NCBI GenBank assembly: GCA_964602485.1
Contig: CAZRQU010000002.1
Span: forward strand, 67,566 to 131,565
From: an uncultured Gammaproteobacteria bacterium
GTDB lineage: Bacteria; Patescibacteriota; Patescibacteriia; Patescibacteriales; WJLG01
Direction of reading: 5' to 3'
Length of the DNA stretch: 64,000 nucleotides
Part shown: positions 1-9,448 of the stretch, piece by piece
Numbering within the stretch: position 1 is the first letter of the stretch
Layout of the letters: each line of letters begins with the position of its first letter
Translations under genes and position numbers: made by a program
The notes under the pieces: model-generated
Seen by the model: only the letters and a program-made list of their open reading frames with translations
What the model was told of the DNA's origin: nothing
The model's database searches: none

Positions 1-233
1 CATACGGATATATAATGATAATACATGGTAATGGACTTTCCACTGTTTATGGACATACGTCCAAATCCTATGTGAACGAGGAAGATTATGTGGTTCAGGG
101 CCAGACCATAGGACTTTCCGGAGGTATGCCGGGAACTTCTGGAGCCGGTCGGCTTTCCACTGGTCCGCATTTACACTTTGAAGTAAGAAAAGATGGTATA
201 CCGGTCGATCCTTTAGAGTATTTGCCATATTAA
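1..233 (+). CDS. M23/LytM-family peptidase, C-terminal fragment (5' end outside window)
   Basis: ORF 15..233 carries the M23 motif '[16 protein letters not shown]'. The frame is open to the window start. Confidence 0.6.
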   Translation, partial: YGYIMIIHGNGLSTVYGHTSKSYVNEEDYVVQGQTIGLSGGMPGTSGAGRLSTGPHLHFEVRKDGIPVDPLEYLPY

Positions 234-251
234 GTGAATATATAAAAAAAC

Positions 252-282
252 AGGACGCGAAAAAAGATTCGCGTCCTTTTTG
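252..282. terminator. Rho-independent terminator, bidirectional
   Basis: Hairpin aggacgcga / tcgcgtcct with an 8-nt loop, T5 after it and an A-run before it. It sits between convergent genes. Confidence 0.6.
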
Positions 283-302
283 TTGCTTAAGCGTTCTTGC
301 TA

Positions 303-878
303 TTAAGCAACAGGTGCAGGTTCGGAGAATTCCTGAAACACTTGTTCGATCTTGCTTCTTTCCTTTTCACGTTCAGCCGCATATTCCTTGGCCAGATCCC
401 AGATGGTTCCGGCGGGAAGGTGTTCGCTCAGGGCGTTTTTGATCAGTTCATGGTTCTTGAAGAAGGGGAGATAGTCGCTTAAGAACTCATCATCGGCAAA
501 CTGGAGAGCTAGCAAGCAGCGCCATTTGACCCGAATGTAACCGGACTCCCTCTTCAACTGCATCAGTATCCAGACCAGGTACCAAACGTAGCGTCCGGGG
601 TTGCCGATCGCGTTTTCAGCGTCGGCTGTCAGGGCCGCATACGCCTTGGGTGTGATGCCGTGATATATGGATCCGGCCAAGAGATATGATCTTCCGTTCT
701 CGTCGAGTTTGGAAAAATCATTGAGATCGAAAAGGCGGAGGAGGGTAAGGATGCAGGGGTCTTCTTGTATCAGCAAGAAATTGGAAGGTATTTGCTTCCT
801 GCCCATTTCGCCTTGTTCGCCTTTCCAATAGCCTCCCCGGTAATTCACCTCCTTGGGGTAAACTTTGGGTATGTTCAT
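303..878 (-). CDS. hypothetical protein
   Basis: 191-aa ORF with no recognisable motif. Confidence 0.4.
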   Translation of the reverse strand: MNIPKVYPKEVNYRGGYWKGEQGEMGRKQIPSNFLLIQEDPCILTLLRLFDLNDFSKLDENGRSYLLAGSIYHGITPKAYAALTADAENAIGNPGRYVWYLVWILMQLKRESGYIRVKWRCLLALQFADDEFLSDYLPFFKNHELIKNALSEHLPAGTIWDLAKEYAAEREKERSKIEQVFQEFSEPAPVA

Positions 879-981
879 TCAGGCCTCCTTTGTTTGATGT
901 TTTGGGATCAATAAGAACAAAAAATACTTCTTTTCGAGTATTAAATTAATATCATAAAATATAATTTTTGTCAATGTGAGA

Positions 982-1938
982 TCACTTGTCCTTTAAATTT
1001 TTACCCCCATGTAGCTTTTTATGGATATCCTTTAATTGTTTGTTCGTCACATGGGTATATATTTGAGTAGTGGCGATATTTTGGTGTCCTAGGAACTCCT
1101 GTACCAAACGCAGATCAACGCCATTGGAGAGCAGATCAGTGGCAAAAGAGTGGCGAAGGGTGTGTGGTGTGGCCATAACCGGTAAACCGGCTATTACCAC
1201 ATACTTTTTAACGATATTCTCTATGGCTCTATTGGTTAGTCTTCGTGGCGCTCCGGTCTTTTCTATGCCTGGTTTATAATTTATGAACAAAGCCGGATCT
1301 ATGTCCATTCTTTTGTCAAGATAGTTGCGCAGAGCCTTAGTAGCTCGGGCAGAGAAATAGACCGTTCGTATCCGCCCGCCTTTACCGACCACAGCTATTT
1401 CCAGGTCTTGAGTGTTATTTTTTATACGTAGTTGGTCCCGATTCAAGGCCGAGAGTTCGGAAATACGCAGACCAGTGGAAAAAAATGTTTCCAAAAGAGC
1501 CTTGTCACGTAAGCCAGGTTCGCTTCCGGTGTCAGGTGAATCAAGCAGACGCTGTATCTGTTCCAGTGTCAGGAATTTTACTTCTTTGTCTTTTTTATTT
1601 TTGGCCAGTTTGACCTTAGTGGGGGAGAGGGAGGGGATATTTCTTTCAACGAAGAATTCTAAAAGCCCCCTTAGAGCGATAAGATAGTAATTCTGGGTGG
1701 ATCTTTTAAGAGGTTGTTTCTTCTTTGGATCAATATGTCGAGATAAGAATACTCGGTATTTAAGGATCAATTCAGGCGTTAATTTGGAGGGAGTAAGCGA
1801 TCCTTTGTTATTATCGTTCAGCCAAGTGAAGAATTTGTTCAAAAAGCGAGCATAATTCTCCTGACTTTTAGCAGCCAGGCCTTTCTCTATCTCTAAATAA
1901 TCAAGATAGTCATTTAGATATTTTGTAATTGGTTTCAC
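982..1938 (-). CDS. tyrosine site-specific recombinase, XerC/XerD family
   Basis: C-terminal catalytic motifs 'HTLRHSFATDLL...GVDLRLVQEFLGHQNIATTQIYTHV'. The start codon is GTG (cac at 1936-1938). Confidence 0.85.
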   Translation of the reverse strand: MKPITKYLNDYLDYLEIEKGLAAKSQENYARFLNKFFTWLNDNNKGSLTPSKLTPELILKYRVFLSRHIDPKKKQPLKRSTQNYYLIALRGLLEFFVERNIPSLSPTKVKLAKNKKDKEVKFLTLEQIQRLLDSPDTGSEPGLRDKALLETFFSTGLRISELSALNRDQLRIKNNTQDLEIAVVGKGGRIRTVYFSARATKALRNYLDKRMDIDPALFINYKPGIEKTGAPRRLTNRAIENIVKKYVVIAGLPVMATPHTLRHSFATDLLSNGVDLRLVQEFLGHQNIATTQIYTHVTNKQLKDIHKKLHGGKNLKDK

Positions 1939-1956
1939 TTAGTTGATTAGGTACTT
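1938..1956 (+). repeat. 19-bp repeat 'CTTAGTTGATTAGGTACTT'; perfect inverted copy at 45545..45563
   Basis: Exact 19-mer seen twice. A second degenerate direct copy follows at 1957..1976. Confidence 0.8.
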
Positions 1957-2033
1957 AGTTGATTAGGCGCTTAGTTTATTCTCCTAATTAACTAATATAC
2001 TGATTAACTGATCTTCTAACTTAAGTATATAAT

Positions 2034-2046
2034 ATTATGCGAAGTA
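2034..2046 (+). repeat. 13-bp inverted repeat, left arm 'ATTATGCGAAGTA', overlapping the start codon of ORF 2037
   Basis: Perfect reverse complement at 2509..2521. A further palindrome agtacttcgc / gcgaagtact lies at 2507..2539. Confidence 0.7.
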
Positions 2047-2441
2047 TTGAAAGTTTTTTATTTGACATTATTGCTTATTTGTTCTATATTATAAAATCGT
2101 TTTTTAAGCAAAGGAGGAATGATTTGTCTAAACGGCTAACTCGAAGAGCTTTTCTCCATTGGAGATTGGATAAATTGATCAGAGAGGCGGAGAAGAGGGG
2201 ATTTAGACAAGCGGTTCTTTTTTTCCAACACTTGAGAGCCAGACTGATAAGTTATCCTCAGGCCTATAAGCGTGAGAGCTGGGAGCCGGTTAATGTTACG
2301 TTGGCCACGGTAGTTTCTTATAGCGCCAAGGATCACCTTAGGGCCCTTGATCAGGTCGGAGTCAAAAAGGTGGAGGAAGCCAGGCGTTTTATAAGGAGTA
2401 TTGATCTTACGGTGGATTTTCGTTCAGATGAACTTTTTTAG
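2037..2441 (+). CDS. hypothetical basic protein
   Basis: 134-aa ORF. TATATAAT lies immediately upstream, so the mRNA may be leaderless. Two stem-loops follow the stop. Confidence 0.4.
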   Translation: MRSIESFLFDIIAYLFYIIKSFFKQRRNDLSKRLTRRAFLHWRLDKLIREAEKRGFRQAVLFFQHLRARLISYPQAYKRESWEPVNVTLATVVSYSAKDHLRALDQVGVKKVEEARRFIRSIDLTVDFRSDELF

Positions 2442-2458
2442 TCGAAGTAGGGAAACAG

Positions 2459-2495
2459 AGGGGCCGTAAAAGTTTATGCTTTAGGCCCCTTTATT
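2459..2495 (+). terminator. terminator-like stem-loop
   Basis: aggggcc...ggcccct followed by ttatt, downstream of ORF 2037..2441. Confidence 0.4.
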
Positions 2496-2508
2496 ATTAC
2501 TATATAGT

Positions 2509-2521
2509 ACTTCGCATAATG
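2509..2521 (+). repeat. right arm of the 13-bp inverted repeat 'TACTTCGCATAAT'
   Basis: Reverse complement of 2034..2046. Confidence 0.7.
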
Positions 2522-2552
2522 TAGGTTAAGCGAAGTACTATGTAAGAAAAAC

Positions 2553-2578
2553 AGGCCCCTTTGGGCCTTTGTTCTTTT
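2553..2578. terminator. Rho-independent terminator-like hairpin
   Basis: aggccc cttt gggcct followed by ttgttctttt, with an A-run before it. Confidence 0.45.
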
Positions 2579-2607
2579 GTCGGCTTCCTTATGTCTTTGA
2601 TCCGCCT

Positions 2608-2763
2608 TTATTTCATATTATCGAATATATCTTTTTTATGCTTTCTGATATCTTCTTTCTCTTCAGCTCGATCAAGTATCCAAACTATAATGACCGTAGC
2701 TATTACGGCTACAGATATCAATGTTAGATATAAATTTGTCATTGTTGGTAGTTCTGGAGTCAT
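2608..2763 (-). CDS. small single-TM membrane protein, 51 aa, hand-translated and below the ORF-track cutoff
   Basis: Hand translation: MTPELPTMTNLYLTLISVAVIATVIIVWILDRAEEKEDIRKHKKDIFDNMK. Hydrophobic core followed by a charged tail. Confidence 0.25.
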   Translation of the reverse strand: MTPELPTMTNLYLTLISVAVIATVIIVWILDRAEEKEDIRKHKKDIFDNMK

Positions 2764-2867
2764 TTTTTGGCTAATTTTACGCTAATATTAGCTAAAAAGC
2801 TTAAAATGGCCCTCTCAAGCGTTTTTTACGCTTTTGGGTATGAATATACCACAGGCCTCCTTGAATT

Positions 2868-3281
2868 TTATCTTATCTTATCAATATCCTGTCTGATGAC
2901 GATCGGTTGCATAGCTTCTAGCTCATCCCGGTAAGATATTTCGGGGATGTCATTGAACAGGAATATTTTCTTATTAAGGATATGAGCAAAGCCCATCTCT
3001 AAGAATGAATTTCCTCCAACATATCCTTTGATGCCATTCTTGTCATTATTTATTACCAGTACGGCATCAGAATTTTTTATTTCATTATAATAATCCCTTA
3101 TAAGGTCGTGTTCGATCTTATTTTTGGCCGACTCCAGGTGCATTTCATCTTCTGAGTCCATCTTTGAATATTCTTTTGTAAATTTTGGCAGTACTACCTG
3201 GTGTCCTTTTTGTTCAAGCGCCTCACCCACTTTTAACATTTTTTTGCTTGATCGCATACTGCCACATATGACAATTTTCAT
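2868..3281 (-). CDS. hypothetical protein, possibly nucleoside 2-deoxyribosyltransferase-like Rossmann fold
   Basis: 'MKIVICGSM...AVLVINNDKNGIKGYVGGNSFLEMGFAH' pattern. Weak similarity judged by eye. Confidence 0.3.
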   Translation of the reverse strand: MKIVICGSMRSSKKMLKVGEALEQKGHQVVLPKFTKEYSKMDSEDEMHLESAKNKIEHDLIRDYYNEIKNSDAVLVINNDKNGIKGYVGGNSFLEMGFAHILNKKIFLFNDIPEISYRDELEAMQPIVIRQDIDKIR

Positions 3282-3328
3282 AGTTTTTACTAGTTATTTA
3301 GCATAAAATTAACTAATATTAGTTAATT

Positions 3329-3487
3329 TTAACCACTCATAGTAACTCCTAGCAAGGTGATCTCAGGAAAGAAATTCAAGGTGAATTTGATGACCAGTAA
3401 AAAGAATCCGATTATAACGATGCAAAACACCAAAGCGGCTGAGAAAAAAACTAATTTGAACATTTTTTCCATATCTTCGTTAGACAT
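3329..3487 (-). CDS. small membrane protein candidate, 52 aa, hand-translated
   Basis: Hand translation: MSNEDMEKMFKLVFFSAALVFCIVIIGFFLLVIKFTLNFFPEITLLGVTMSG. Lies 5 bp downstream of ftsQ-like gene. Confidence 0.2.
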   Translation of the reverse strand: MSNEDMEKMFKLVFFSAALVFCIVIIGFFLLVIKFTLNFFPEITLLGVTMSG

Positions 3488-3492
3488 ATTTT

Positions 3493-4356
3493 TTATTGAA
3501 AGTATATTTTATCTCCATACCTTAGATCTATATATTCCTTGCTTTCGAAATCATCGCCCAATTTTTCATGTCTGACTATCACCAGTTTTTCTATTTGGTC
3601 ATCAACACTGTTCCTGGTGGAGAATTTTATTATCGGCCCTTGTTCGGAAACTAGTTTGACCGTTTCTTTTTCATCATCTATAAGGAATGATCCGATATCG
3701 AATCCAATAGGCGTATCTTGAGCGGTTTCAAATAGGAGCAGAATGAATTTTATATATTCATTTTCTATATTGGCCGTGTTGTTCTTTATTTTTCTGGACG
3801 ATCTGTTGATTATTAATGGGTATTTTTCTTTATCTATATCCTCGCTCTTCACTTCTTCCATTATATACCCATCATTATCAGAATAGTAGGCCCTCCCCTC
3901 TTCTTTCCATATGCAGGCAAATGGTTTTTCTTTCAACTCTATAACCAGCTTGTTAGGAAGTTTCTTTTTTACTGATATTTTATCGAAATGATATCTTTTT
4001 ATCAGGTCGGAAGCCATTTTATCCTCAGAAAAGAAAAGTGAGTTGGAACGAGGTATCAAAAGACCTATTCTTTCGGACATCTCTTCACGGGCCATATCTT
4101 TTATCTTTTGTTCATCCATTCTCTTCAGTCCCTTAATGGAAATATCGTCTATTTGCCACAAAGGACAAAAAGTGAAGAACCAAACGATCATGACAAACAC
4201 AAAAATACCGGACCCGACCAGTATCTTGGCCTGAATATCAGGACCTACGGAAACCCGTTTGTGTTTTTTAAAAAAGGGATTTTCGAAACTCTTTCTAGCA
4301 TAATCAAATCTTCTTTTTTTCGAAAAAGATCTCCCCTTATTGCTTTTATTGAACAT
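3493..4356 (-). CDS. ftsQ: cell division protein FtsQ/DivIB-like (POTRA domain)
   Basis: N-terminal TM, POTRA-like 'ISIKGLKRMDEQKIKD', C-terminal 'IDLRYGDKIYF'. Confidence 0.55.
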   Translation of the reverse strand: MFNKSNKGRSFSKKRRFDYARKSFENPFFKKHKRVSVGPDIQAKILVGSGIFVFVMIVWFFTFCPLWQIDDISIKGLKRMDEQKIKDMAREEMSERIGLLIPRSNSLFFSEDKMASDLIKRYHFDKISVKKKLPNKLVIELKEKPFACIWKEEGRAYYSDNDGYIMEEVKSEDIDKEKYPLIINRSSRKIKNNTANIENEYIKFILLLFETAQDTPIGFDIGSFLIDDEKETVKLVSEQGPIIKFSTRNSVDDQIEKLVIVRHEKLGDDFESKEYIDLRYGDKIYFQ

Positions 4357-4365
4357 GATTCTCCC

Positions 4366-5634
4366 CTATTTTATCTCTTTTAAATTATTGGGCAGATATT
4401 TTTGCAAGACTTTGGGTATCTTTATGCTTCCATCTTTTTGTTGAAAGTTCTCTAAGATGGCTATCGGGACTCGGCTAAGAACCACTGCGGTTCCGTTCAG
4501 AGTGTGAACCAGCTCTTTCTTGCCTTCGTTCGTTTTGTATTTGATGTTAAGGGCTCGAGCTTGGTAGTCGGTGCAGTTCGAGGTAGATGTGACTTCGGCC
4601 CAGTCTCCATCTCCTCCATCTTTGTTCGGCTTGCCCGGCATCCAGGCTTCAAGATCATAAGTTCTTATTGTTGGAGCCCCCAGGTCGGCTGTGCAATGAT
4701 CCACCACTCTAAAAGGGATACCAAGTTCAGAGAACACTTCTTTTTCTATCTCTAGCATTTCCTGGTGGATAAGTTCAGAATCCTTAGGTTGGCAGTAAGC
4801 GAACATTTCCACTTTGGTAAATTGATGAACTCGGAAAATACCTTTAGAGAATTTGGAATAAGAACCGGCTTCTGTCCTGAAACAATGCGAAACGGCCACA
4901 TATTTTTTAGGCAGATCGTTCTCTGTAAAGGTGTCATTCATATGATATCCGCCCATAGTTATTTCCGCTGTTCCGATAAGGGAAAGGTCGGTATCTTCTA
5001 CATTGTATACCTGAGTCGATTCTCCTCTGGGATTGAACCCCATACTTCTTACCACATCACTTTTAGCCATATCAGGCGTTACAAAGGGGGTAAAGCCCTT
5101 ACTGGTGAGTTTTTCCAGGGCGAACTGGATCAAGGCGAATTCTAAAAGAGCTGCTTCATTTTTTAGATAGTAGAACTTGGATCCGGCCACTTGCGTTCCT
5201 TTTTCAAAGTCTATAATATCGTGTTTTTTCGCCAACTGAACATGATCCAAAGGTTTGAAATCGAATTTCGGTATCTCCCCTATTTGTTCAAGAACCGGAT
5301 TGTCATCCTCGTCGTCGCTTACTTTGACTTCCGGATGGGTTATATTCGGGAGCTGATAAAGGAGTTCGTTAAATTCTTCTTTTATATTTTCCAATTCGGA
5401 TTCCATTTCCAAAACCTTTTCTCTGGTTTTCTTCATTTCAGCTATTTCTTTTTCGCTCGGCTTACCCTTGGACCCGGTATTCCTTTTAGCTCGAAGTTCG
5501 TCTATCTTCGTTATCATCTCCCTTCTTTTGTTATCCAATTCAAGAAGCTTATCAACATCCGCGACAGCTCCTCTGTTTTTGGCATTTTGTTTTACCTCCT
5601 CGGGGTTTTCCCTTACATATTTTATATCCAACAT
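4366..5634 (-). CDS. serS: seryl-tRNA synthetase
   Basis: N-terminal coiled coil 'MLDIKYVRENPEEV...' and class II core motifs. Confidence 0.9.
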   Translation of the reverse strand: MLDIKYVRENPEEVKQNAKNRGAVADVDKLLELDNKRREMITKIDELRAKRNTGSKGKPSEKEIAEMKKTREKVLEMESELENIKEEFNELLYQLPNITHPEVKVSDDEDDNPVLEQIGEIPKFDFKPLDHVQLAKKHDIIDFEKGTQVAGSKFYYLKNEAALLEFALIQFALEKLTSKGFTPFVTPDMAKSDVVRSMGFNPRGESTQVYNVEDTDLSLIGTAEITMGGYHMNDTFTENDLPKKYVAVSHCFRTEAGSYSKFSKGIFRVHQFTKVEMFAYCQPKDSELIHQEMLEIEKEVFSELGIPFRVVDHCTADLGAPTIRTYDLEAWMPGKPNKDGGDGDWAEVTSTSNCTDYQARALNIKYKTNEGKKELVHTLNGTAVVLSRVPIAILENFQQKDGSIKIPKVLQKYLPNNLKEIK

Positions 5635-5671
5635 ATTTGAATCAATTAATAATTAATTAATAATTGGTCTT

Positions 5672-6292
5672 TTAAGATCCCCTCTTAGGGGGTGAGGGCT
5701 TTGATAGTTCTATCCCATTCTCTATGAATTTTTTCTTTATAAGTTCTATGAATGGTTTTAATTCCGGTGTGGCCTTAGCCGGTTTGTCGGCATAATGAAA
5801 GCCATGATCAGCTTTTTTCTCGTTCATAAAGGATCGTGGCATCTTGGAAAGTAAGTGCAGTTGCGCCTCTACTTTATCCAGTGTTTTAACTATCTTGGCC
5901 TCTTTGCAAGTCTGCTCTTGATACAATGTCCAATATTTGAATATTTCCTTTTTTAGATCACTTGAAAGTTTGTCGCCAAGTTCTTTCATTGCTTTTTTCT
6001 CGGCTGCGTCTTTATCTTCTTGATTTTCTGTACCTTCGGCAATAAGGGTGCTGTCTATATCTCCGGTTATACTTTCAGCCAGATCGTGCATTAAAGCTAT
6101 TTTAAGAAGTTTCAATTCATCCACTTCAAGATCAAGCTCCTTTTTTATCATTAGAGAAAGCAACATTAGGCTCCAAGTATGGGCAGCAGTCGATTCGTTG
6201 TTAAGATATTTGTTGGTAGAATAACGATAAGTGAATTTCAATTGACCCACTATTCTTAAGAATTCTATTATTTTTTCCAAATTATTGTTCAT
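5672..6292 (-). CDS. HD-domain phosphohydrolase (YfbR-like 5'-nucleotidase family)
   Basis: HD motif 'ALMHDLAESITGDI'. Confidence 0.6.
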   Translation of the reverse strand: MNNNLEKIIEFLRIVGQLKFTYRYSTNKYLNNESTAAHTWSLMLLSLMIKKELDLEVDELKLLKIALMHDLAESITGDIDSTLIAEGTENQEDKDAAEKKAMKELGDKLSSDLKKEIFKYWTLYQEQTCKEAKIVKTLDKVEAQLHLLSKMPRSFMNEKKADHGFHYADKPAKATPELKPFIELIKKKFIENGIELSKPSPPKRGS

Positions 6293-6695
6293 TTAAGTGA
6301 TCTAATTTCCTAAACCAATACTCCCAAGCCTCTTCCAATTCCACATTCTTCAATTCTTTGACCGGTACCCAATTCCAATCCTTGGCCTCGCGGTTATCTA
6401 TATCAATATTTCCGGTATAACCCTCAACTTCATATACATGCCAGTGGTGCCCTCTTGTGCCCCTTGAACATTCGTTCCAAGGCAGATATTCATCGAATAT
6501 TTTTTTGAATTTGGTGATCTCTAAACCGGTTTCTTCTTTTGTTTCTCGCATAACACCCTCTTCCGGTGTTTCATTCTCCTCTACATGTCCGGAAGGACAA
6601 GACCAGCCGAACGGGAATATGTTCCTGTCTATCATTAGGATCTCCTCTTGGTTATCCTTAACCCTTTTTATTATGGCTCCAACACTTCTATGCAT
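6282..6695 (-). CDS. NUDIX hydrolase
   Basis: Nudix box 'GHVEENETPEEGVMRETKEETGLE'. Overlaps the HD gene by 11 nt. Confidence 0.75.
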   Translation of the reverse strand: MHRSVGAIIKRVKDNQEEILMIDRNIFPFGWSCPSGHVEENETPEEGVMRETKEETGLEITKFKKIFDEYLPWNECSRGTRGHHWHVYEVEGYTGNIDIDNREAKDWNWVPVKELKNVELEEAWEYWFRKLDHLNEQ

Positions 6696-6728
6696 ACTGT
6701 TCGATCATTTTTTATAGGTCTTAAGCAA

Positions 6729-8219
6729 TTATCGTTTCGGTTTCATTAATGGAAATATTTGGCACTCTCTGATCGGTTTATCCATTAAGAATGAGAATAG
6801 TCTTTCACTCATTCCAAAGCCGCAGGTTGGAGGCATTCCATGTTCCAAGGCTTCAACGAAGCTATGGTCGTACATTTGAGCCTCATCATCACCAGCCTCT
6901 CGTAATTCTTGCTGTTTGGCGAAACGTTCAGCCTGATCTATTGGATCATTGAGCTCTGAGTATCCATTACCTATTTCCGAGCCGGCGATTATCGGCTGGA
7001 ATCTTTGAGTTAGCTCCGGACGCTCTTTGTCGGATTTAGCTAAAGGAGAAACGATCTTTGGTACACCAACTAAAAAGCCTGGCCCGCTGATCTGTTTACG
7101 GCAATATTTCCAAAGATTATCTATGGCGCGAGTTATATTGAAGCCTTCTTTGTCGTATTCTATCTTCAGTTCGTCCAATTTGGATCTGATTTCCTTTTCA
7201 TCGGTATCAAGAATATCTATACCGGTATATTCCTTGACCGTATCGCGGTAGTCATATCTTTCCCATTTTTTGCCTAGGTCAACTTCGAATCCGCGGATAT
7301 TGAATTTAAGGGTTCCAAAGGTTTCTTTGGCTATATGTTTATATAGTTCTTCTATAAGCTCCATTCCTTTCTTGTAGTCGGCATAGGCCCAGTAGAATTC
7401 TAATTGTGTGTAGTCTTGCAAGTGTTCGGCATCCATACCTTCATTTCTAAATATTCTGGCTATCTCAAAGGTCTTTTCGAATCCGGCCACCATTAATTTT
7501 TTCTGCCAAAGCTCTCCGGCTGATATACGCAGATAGACATCCATATCCAAAGCATTGTGGTGAGTGACGAAAGGACGAGCATCAGCCCCGCCAGTGGTGT
7601 TTTCCAATACAGGAGTGTCCACTTCCATAAAGCCTTTGTTTATCATAAATTCCCTGACAGCTTTCCAGAATTTAGACCTTTTCACTACCATGTTCTTAAC
7701 CTCATCATTCATCAGGATATCCAGATATCTTTTTCTGAACTTATCATCCTCGTCTTTCAAGCCGTGCCATTTTTCCGGCAGAGGTCTAATAGCTTTTGAT
7801 AATATCTTCCAATCCGAGGCCATGATACTTTTTTCTCCTTTGTGAGTAAGAAAAGTCTTGCCGGTGATCTGTATAAAATCTCCCATATCTATCAATTTCA
7901 CGAATGACTTATATGGTTCGTTGCCGATATCTTTTTTTGATAAAGCTATTTGTATGAGACCGCTTTCATCTTTTAAATTGGCAAAGGTAAGATTGCCATG
8001 ACTTCTTTTGGTCATTAGGCGTCCACATAAAGTGACTGTTTCCTCAGCTTTTTCTAATTTTTCAAAATCAGAGATGACATCTTCGATCACATAGGTTCTT
8101 TGCGAATCAGCCGGATAAGGGTCTATCCCCTGCTCCTTGATCCTGTTGAGTCTTTCTATGCGAGTATCCCTTTCGTTCAAAAGGCTTTCTCCCTCGTTTT
8201 TTTGACTGTTTTTATCCAT
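6729..8219 (-). CDS. lysS: lysyl-tRNA synthetase, class II
   Basis: OB-fold N-terminus and class II catalytic core motifs. Confidence 0.9.
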   Translation of the reverse strand: MDKNSQKNEGESLLNERDTRIERLNRIKEQGIDPYPADSQRTYVIEDVISDFEKLEKAEETVTLCGRLMTKRSHGNLTFANLKDESGLIQIALSKKDIGNEPYKSFVKLIDMGDFIQITGKTFLTHKGEKSIMASDWKILSKAIRPLPEKWHGLKDEDDKFRKRYLDILMNDEVKNMVVKRSKFWKAVREFMINKGFMEVDTPVLENTTGGADARPFVTHHNALDMDVYLRISAGELWQKKLMVAGFEKTFEIARIFRNEGMDAEHLQDYTQLEFYWAYADYKKGMELIEELYKHIAKETFGTLKFNIRGFEVDLGKKWERYDYRDTVKEYTGIDILDTDEKEIRSKLDELKIEYDKEGFNITRAIDNLWKYCRKQISGPGFLVGVPKIVSPLAKSDKERPELTQRFQPIIAGSEIGNGYSELNDPIDQAERFAKQQELREAGDDEAQMYDHSFVEALEHGMPPTCGFGMSERLFSFLMDKPIRECQIFPLMKPKR

Positions 8220-8295
8220 AAAAAAATGTCAGTTTTTAGTAAACTTTACCTTTATTTTAAGGTATTTTTAGCTTTTTGTCAAAGACATTCAACCA

Positions 8296-8335
8296 TAAAA
8301 AAAGACCCCTTTTGAATTCTGTCGGGGTCGGGGTC
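8296..8335 (-). terminator. Rho-independent terminator
   Basis: gacccc...ggggtc hairpin with a T-run on the minus strand (A8 on plus), downstream of gene 8372..8734. Confidence 0.55.
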
Positions 8336-8371
8336 GGACGTTTTGGAAATATTTCTCACAAGTTGTCCTTT

Positions 8372-8734
8372 TTAGGCGAATTTTACTCTCCCAAATTCTT
8401 TGGGAAATCCATATTCTTTCATCATGTAAAACCACTCGTAGTAGCCTAGTATTCTGGCTACTTTTTGGTGGTGTTTAGATGATGCGCCGATTTTTTTTAA
8501 AGAATATGTTTGTTGAATGTGCGATGAAGGTTTGGGTTCGTTGTTTTGGTTTTTTATCTTGAATGTTTCACTGGCCTGCTTTTTTGGGTTTTTGTTTCGC
8601 CTGACCTTGGCCGGGTCAGGAGTGGAAAGATGATCTGAGCTTGCCCCTTGCGGGGCAAGTTCTGTCTCCCCCCAAACGTTCATATTCAAGAAGAGTATGA
8701 ACGTTAAGCAGGCAATTGTTTTGAACAATCGCAT
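8372..8734 (-). CDS. secreted hypothetical protein
   Basis: Signal-peptide-like 'MRLFKTIACLTFILFLNMNVWG'. The start was moved to the internal Met. Confidence 0.35.
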   Translation of the reverse strand: MRLFKTIACLTFILFLNMNVWGETELAPQGASSDHLSTPDPAKVRRNKNPKKQASETFKIKNQNNEPKPSSHIQQTYSLKKIGASSKHHQKVARILGYYEWFYMMKEYGFPKEFGRVKFA

Positions 8735-8845
8735 ACTCTTTCCTTTCGTTAGAGGGATAAGAAACACTCTTGTTCGATCCTGATTGGCGTAAGGATCGAA
8801 TTGTGAAAAGACAAATGGCTTTTAAAGCCAATTTTGTTTTATCAT

Positions 8846-8880
8846 AAATAAAAAGAAATGTCAAAAGTGAATGACATTTC
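8846..8880 (-). terminator. Rho-independent terminator downstream of greA
   Basis: Perfect 9-bp stem gaaatgtca / tgacatttc with a T-run on the minus strand. Confidence 0.6.
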
Positions 8881-8905
8881 TTTATAGTTTTGTCAAGAGT
8901 ATGTA

Positions 8906-9373
8906 TTAACTGACCTTGGTTATCTTGTATGAAACTTCACCTTTTGGTGTTTCCACAGTGACCCTGTCCCCTTTTTCCTTGTCTAAGAATGCTGTTCCCA
9001 GGGGAGACTCATTAGATATCTTGCCTTCGGCCGGAGCTGCCTCATTGAAACTGACTATGGTGAATTCTCTTTCCTTTTTTGTTCTTTCGTTTTGAGCCGT
9101 TAGTTTAGAGCCCATGGAAACTTTTCCCTTGGCGCCGCCGTTCTCATCCACTATCACCACATTCTTAAGAGTGTTCTGGAGCTCCAATATCCTTCCCTCA
9201 TTGAAGGCTTGCGCGTCCTTAGCTTCTTGGTATTCGGCGTTTTCGGATAAGTCTCCCAATTCTTTGGCTTTCTCTATTCGACCGGCTATCTCTCTTCTCT
9301 TTATCGTAGTTAGCTGATCCAATTCTTCTTTTAGCTTGTTATAGCCCTCTTTGGATATTATTTGTTCTGGCAT
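8906..9373 (-). CDS. greA: transcription elongation factor GreA
   Basis: N-terminal coiled coil plus 'GDLSENAEYQEAKD'. Confidence 0.9.
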   Translation of the reverse strand: MPEQIISKEGYNKLKEELDQLTTIKRREIAGRIEKAKELGDLSENAEYQEAKDAQAFNEGRILELQNTLKNVVIVDENGGAKGKVSMGSKLTAQNERTKKEREFTIVSFNEAAPAEGKISNESPLGTAFLDKEKGDRVTVETPKGEVSYKITKVS

Positions 9374-9448
9374 AGAAATGATCTTTATAAAAGGGTCCTT
9401 AAAGGGCCCCTAGTGTTTTTATGTATAGTAATAAATATAAAACATTTT

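Noticed and set aside
8768-8805. tRNA-like T-loop sequence (GTTCGATCC) inside an 8-bp hairpin
   Set aside because: No acceptor, D or anticodon arms could be assembled around it. It is more likely a 5'-UTR hairpin.
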